In this document: positions 59,857 through 64,000 of the stretch, piece by piece
Layout: each line of letters begins with the position of its first letter
Numbering within the stretch: the stretch's first letter is position 1
Origin: Endomicrobiia bacterium
Lineage (GTDB): Bacteria; Elusimicrobiota; Endomicrobiia; DTEH01
Length of the DNA: 64,000 nt
Direction: 5' to 3'
Assembly (NCBI GenBank): GCA_039630545.1
Contig: JBCNUU010000006.1
Span: 17,543 to 81,542, forward strand
The notes under the pieces: generated by a model
Told to the model about the DNA's origin: nothing
The model's database searches: none
Seen by the model: the letters and a program-made list of their open reading frames with translations, nothing else
Program-made: the position numbers and the translations under genes

Positions 59857-61160
59857 GAGCATATGATATAATTCTTAAAAAAAGAGATGGATATTCACTT
59901 ACTAAACAAGAAATAGATTTTATGATCCAAAATTATACCACTAACAAAATTCCTGATTATCAAATGGCTGCTTTTTTGATGAGTATATATTTTAGAAGCA
60001 TGTCAAAGAAAGAAATAATTTGGCTGACTGAATCAATGATTAAAAGTGGTGATGTTTTAGATCTAAAAGATATAGATAAACCAAAGGCAGACAAACACTC
60101 AACTGGAGGTGTAGGTGATGGAATTTCATTGTCTTTAGCTCCACTTTTAGCTTCATTTGATATAGCAGTACCTATGATGTCAGGCAGAGCCTTAGGCCAT
60201 ACCGGAGGAACTTTAGATAAACTTGAATCTATTGATGGTTTCAATATCTACTTAACTCAAACACAAATCAAAAAACAGCTAAAAAAAATTGGATTAGCTA
60301 TTTTTGCTGCAAATAAAAATATTGTCCCAGCAGATAAAAAAATATATGCTTTAAGAGATGTAACTGCTACGGTAGAAAGTATTCCATTGATATCTGCTTC
60401 AATCATGAGTAAAAAAATTGCAGAATCAATAGATGCCTTGTTACTTGATGTAAAAACAGGAAATGGAGCATTCATTGAAAAATTTTCACTTTGTCTGCAA
60501 CTTGCTAAAACTATGGTAGAAATAGGTAAAAATTTTGGTATAAAAACTTTAGCTTTAATTACTGATATGAATCAACCTTTAGGAGAATATGTTGGCAACT
60601 CTTTAGAAATTTATCAAACTATAAAGATTTTAAAAAATGAAGGACCTGAAGATATAACAGAGCTTGTACTTATAGAAACTGCAAAACTGCTACAGCTTTT
60701 AGGTATAGAAAAAAATTTTGAAAAAGCAAAACAAAAAGCTAAAGATAATTTATCTAAAGGATATGCTTTAGAAAAGTTTAAAGAACTTATTATAGCACAA
60801 AATGGAAATTATAAGATTTTAGACAAACCTCAGATTCTCTTAAATGCTAAATATCAAACACCGATAATGTCAAAGAAGTCCGGTTATATTACAAACATTA
60901 ATACAAAACTTTTAGGATTGACTTTAGCAAAATTAGGAGCTGGTAGACAAAAATTAACCGATAAAATTGATCATTTAGTTGGCATAAAAGTTTTAAAAAA
61001 GTTAAACCAGTATGTGGAAAAATCTGAACCGTTGATTTATGTGTTTTATAATGATAAAAATAAATTTGAAGAGTTACAATCTTTCTTTTTATCTTGTTTT
61101 TCAATCACAGAAAAATTAAATTTTAAAACTCCTCCTTTAGTTTATAAAGAAATAAAATAA
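59853..61160 (+). CDS. pdp: Pyrimidine-nucleoside (thymidine) phosphorylase
   Basis: 435 aa; N-terminal ILKKRDG...L, glycosyltransferase family 3 signature DKHSTGGVGD. Confidence 0.92.
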   Translation: MRAYDIILKKRDGYSLTKQEIDFMIQNYTTNKIPDYQMAAFLMSIYFRSMSKKEIIWLTESMIKSGDVLDLKDIDKPKADKHSTGGVGDGISLSLAPLLASFDIAVPMMSGRALGHTGGTLDKLESIDGFNIYLTQTQIKKQLKKIGLAIFAANKNIVPADKKIYALRDVTATVESIPLISASIMSKKIAESIDALLLDVKTGNGAFIEKFSLCLQLAKTMVEIGKNFGIKTLALITDMNQPLGEYVGNSLEIYQTIKILKNEGPEDITELVLIETAKLLQLLGIEKNFEKAKQKAKDNLSKGYALEKFKELIIAQNGNYKILDKPQILLNAKYQTPIMSKKSGYITNINTKLLGLTLAKLGAGRQKLTDKIDHLVGIKVLKKLNQYVEKSEPLIYVFYNDKNKFEELQSFFLSCFSITEKLNFKTPPLVYKEIK

Positions 61161-61163
61161 CCA

Positions 61164-63392
61164 ATGAGAATGCCGTATAAATGGATATTAAAAGAAAACA
61201 ACAATATAGATATTGAACTTCTTTCAGAAAAACTTAATCTTCCTAAAATTTTAATAAAGATTCTTGTGAATAGAGGATACGACTCAGAAGAAAAAATCAA
61301 AAAGTTTTTGTTTAATGAGCTTTTTTATTTAAAAAACCCTTTTTTGTTTAAAGATATGCAAAAAGCAGTTGAAACTACAAAAAAACACATAGAAGAAAAA
61401 AATAAAATCCTTATCTGGGGAGATAGAGATGTGGACGGAGTTACGGCTTTAAGCGTGCTTCTTTTTACTTTGGAAAAACTAGATGCTAATGTTATGTGGT
61501 ATATTCCTCAAACAGAGGGTTATGGTTTAAATATTAACACTTTAGAAAAATTTATAAATGAAATAAAACTTTTAATTACAGTAGATTGTGGCATTTCTTC
61601 TTTTGAAGAAATAAAGTATTTGATAGACAAAGGGATAGATGTAATTGTAACTGACCATCATACTCCAAACTTAGAAATAGTTCAAAACATTAAATCTTTA
61701 AATGTTCCTGTGATAAATCCACACTTAGAAGAGTTTGATTTTAAAGATCTTGCTGGAGTAGGGGTTGCTTTAAAATTTTGTTGTGGGCTTTTAATGTCAT
61801 ATGATGAAGAATATTACAACAAAGAATTTATAGTAATAGATTTGGAAACAACGGGTATTTCTGCAGTGGTGGATGAAATATGTGAAATAGCAGCTGTGAA
61901 GGTAAAAAACTTTGTACCTTATGAAATATACACTACATTAATTAAACCTACAAAAGCAATACCGGAAAGTGTATCTAAAATCCACGGAATAACCTCCAAA
62001 CTTGTAGAAAACGCTCCAACAATTCAAAAAGTTATTCCTGAACTTTTAAATTTTATTAAAAACAAACCATTGGTTATACACAACTCTGATTTTGATTTGT
62101 CTTTCTTAAATAAATCTTTACAAAATTTAGATTATCCTCCTCTATCTAACAAAGTAATTGACACATTAAAAATCTCACAGGAGTATTTACCAATAAAGTC
62201 GCATTCGCTTAAACATCTCACTGAACACTTTTTGTTTAATGCTAAACCTAACCACAGAGCATTAAATGATGCCCTAGCTACATGCGAGTTATTCTATTTT
62301 CTATATAACATAAAAAACCACAAATTAAAGTTTTATATAAAAGAAATGTTACCTTTAGTATGTTTAGGTACAATCTCAGATATAGTATCTTTGACTGATG
62401 AAAATAGAATATTTGTTAAAAAGGGAATAGAAGAAATGTATAACTCTGAACTTCCCTTTGCAAGAAGAATTAAAAAATACTTATTAGAAGAAAAAAAACT
62501 TTCTAAACTAGACTCTGAAACTTTTTCTTGGCAAATTATTCCCATTTTAAATTCAGCGGGAAGATTAAAAAAAGTAGAAATTGCTTTAAATTTATTAACT
62601 GCAAAAACTTATAAAGAAGCTAATCATTATTTTGAACAACTTTTAGAAATAGACAAACAAAGAAAAAATCTTCAAGAAATTAATTTTTCAGTCTTTTATG
62701 AGTTAGTGGAACAGCAATGTGACTTAGAAAAAGATTTGATTCTTTTGGTGGTAGCAGAAAATATAGAACATGGAGTCACAGGTATTGTGGCTAATTATAT
62801 GTTAAGAGAATTTAATCGTTGCGTTATACTTCTTATTGTGGAAAATGACACAGCAATTGGAGCTGCTCGCTCACCTGATTATGTTGATATATACCAACTT
62901 CTCAAGAAATGCGATTATCTTTTTGAAAAATTTGGAGGACACAAAAATGCTTGTGGGATTACTATAAAAAAAGAAAAAATTCCTCTGTTTAAAGATGAGC
63001 TTAAAAAATTAGAAAAAGAAATTTCGTTAAAAACTCCAGAAATAGAAATTGATACAGAAATAACACCAGAAGAGATAACTTTGGAACTTTATCAAAAACT
63101 TAACCTGTTAGAACCATTTGGTCCACAAAATAACTATCCTGTATTTCTTTTAAGAAATTTAAAAGTAATTGATTGGAAATATTTTGGAAAAACTAATAAA
63201 TATACTCAAATAGTTTTTGAAACACCAGCCTCCACAATTTTAAATGCTGTATGCTGGGATATACCTGAGTTGGGAGATATTTTAAGAAATTTCTCTTATT
63301 TTAATGTAGTCGGTGAATTAGAGTTAGACCCCCAAAGCAAAAATTCATTAAGATTGACATTGTTAGACATACAACCAGTAATTCATATTTAA
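61164..63392 (+). CDS. recJ: RecJ-like DHH/DHHA1 exonuclease with an inserted DnaQ-type (DEDDh) 3-prime to 5-prime exonuclease domain
   Basis: 742 aa; DHH motifs (GDRDVDGVTA, ITVDCGIS, VIVTDHHTP), inserted Exo I FIVIDLETTG, Exo II VIHNSDFDLSFL, Exo III HRALNDALATCELF, then RecJ core (LVCLGTISDIV) and DHHA1 (FGGHKNACG). Confidence 0.85.
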   Translation: MRMPYKWILKENNNIDIELLSEKLNLPKILIKILVNRGYDSEEKIKKFLFNELFYLKNPFLFKDMQKAVETTKKHIEEKNKILIWGDRDVDGVTALSVLLFTLEKLDANVMWYIPQTEGYGLNINTLEKFINEIKLLITVDCGISSFEEIKYLIDKGIDVIVTDHHTPNLEIVQNIKSLNVPVINPHLEEFDFKDLAGVGVALKFCCGLLMSYDEEYYNKEFIVIDLETTGISAVVDEICEIAAVKVKNFVPYEIYTTLIKPTKAIPESVSKIHGITSKLVENAPTIQKVIPELLNFIKNKPLVIHNSDFDLSFLNKSLQNLDYPPLSNKVIDTLKISQEYLPIKSHSLKHLTEHFLFNAKPNHRALNDALATCELFYFLYNIKNHKLKFYIKEMLPLVCLGTISDIVSLTDENRIFVKKGIEEMYNSELPFARRIKKYLLEEKKLSKLDSETFSWQIIPILNSAGRLKKVEIALNLLTAKTYKEANHYFEQLLEIDKQRKNLQEINFSVFYELVEQQCDLEKDLILLVVAENIEHGVTGIVANYMLREFNRCVILLIVENDTAIGAARSPDYVDIYQLLKKCDYLFEKFGGHKNACGITIKKEKIPLFKDELKKLEKEISLKTPEIEIDTEITPEEITLELYQKLNLLEPFGPQNNYPVFLLRNLKVIDWKYFGKTNKYTQIVFETPASTILNAVCWDIPELGDILRNFSYFNVVGELELDPQSKNSLRLTLLDIQPVIHI

Positions 63393-63408
63393 TTACAGGA
63401 GGAATCAA

Positions 63409-64000
63409 ATGAAAAAACAAAAATCAAAATTACCAACCAATATAAAAATTGGAATTATAGGTGGTAGTGGAGTATATAACATAGAAGATCTTAAAAATAT
63501 AAAGGAATACAATATTGTAACTCCTTTTGGAAAACCATCTGATAAAATAATTGTAGGCGAACTGGAAGGAAAACATGTGGCGTTTCTACCACGACACGGG
63601 AAAGGTCATTTTATTTCACCCACAGAATTAAACTCTCAAGCAAATATTTACGCTTTTAAACTTTTAGGTGTTGAGTTTTTATTTAGTATATCAGCCTGTG
63701 GTTCATTAAAAGAAGAAATAAAACCCAGAGATTTCGTAATACCTGACCAGATCTACGATAGAACCAAACATAGAAACCCAACTTTTTTCAGAGATGGTTT
63801 TGTGGCTCATGTGGCGTTTGCCCAACCATACTGTGAAAATTTAAGAAAGTTAGTTTTTGAATGTTGTAGAGAATTAAATCTGACCACTCATTTTGGTGGA
63901 ACTTATGTTTGTATAGAAGGACCACAGTTTTCAACCAAGGCAGAATCAAAAGTATATAGACATCTTGGTTTTGACATAATAGGAATGACAGCCTTACCAG
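63409..64000 (+). CDS. mtnP: S-methyl-5-prime-thioadenosine phosphorylase, 3-prime end runs off the window
   Basis: Manual translation MKKQKSKLPTNIKIGIIGGSGVY...VAFLPRHGKGH...GMTALP; PNP/MTAP family. No stop within the window. Confidence 0.85.
   Translation, partial: MKKQKSKLPTNIKIGIIGGSGVYNIEDLKNIKEYNIVTPFGKPSDKIIVGELEGKHVAFLPRHGKGHFISPTELNSQANIYAFKLLGVEFLFSISACGSLKEEIKPRDFVIPDQIYDRTKHRNPTFFRDGFVAHVAFAQPYCENLRKLVFECCRELNLTTHFGGTYVCIEGPQFSTKAESKVYRHLGFDIIGMTALP

Overview
AT-rich (roughly 30% GC by eye) bacterial window, very compact, with most genes on the minus strand and many 1-14 nt start/stop overlaps. Calls rest on reading the supplied ORF translations and on manual reverse-complement translation of gaps; no database search was run. 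Likely a diderm, based on heptose genes gmhA/rfaE, an outer-membrane-like barrel protein and type IV pilus ATPases. Housekeeping content: recA, tlyA, purSLQ, the xseB-ispA-dxs operon, a six-tRNA cluster (Thr-Lys-Arg-His-Val-Asp), rpmA-obg, oppBCDF-cca-coaD, thpR-cinA, argF, thrB, thiC/thiE, and a memo-deoB-punA-pdp operon. Accessory content: (1) a glycan cluster at 1-8000 (GT4, GT2, Wzx flippase) with recA embedded and about 2.2 kb of decayed coding sequence; (2) a surface-protein module at 25.2-34.7 kb: a 1916-aa secreted Fn3-like repeat protein with a C-terminal FlgD-Ig-like domain, translationally coupled to a barrel + coiled-coil + LysM protein, with a cytoplasmic histidine-kinase-like protein and a TPR membrane protein; (3) tandem PilB paralogs plus PilT without other pilus genes; (4) a RecJ-like gene carrying an inserted complete DnaQ-type exonuclease domain. 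The RecJ-DnaQ chimera and the surface-protein module are my best candidates for something undescribed; both are hypotheses from sequence only. No CRISPR array, integrase or transposase was seen.
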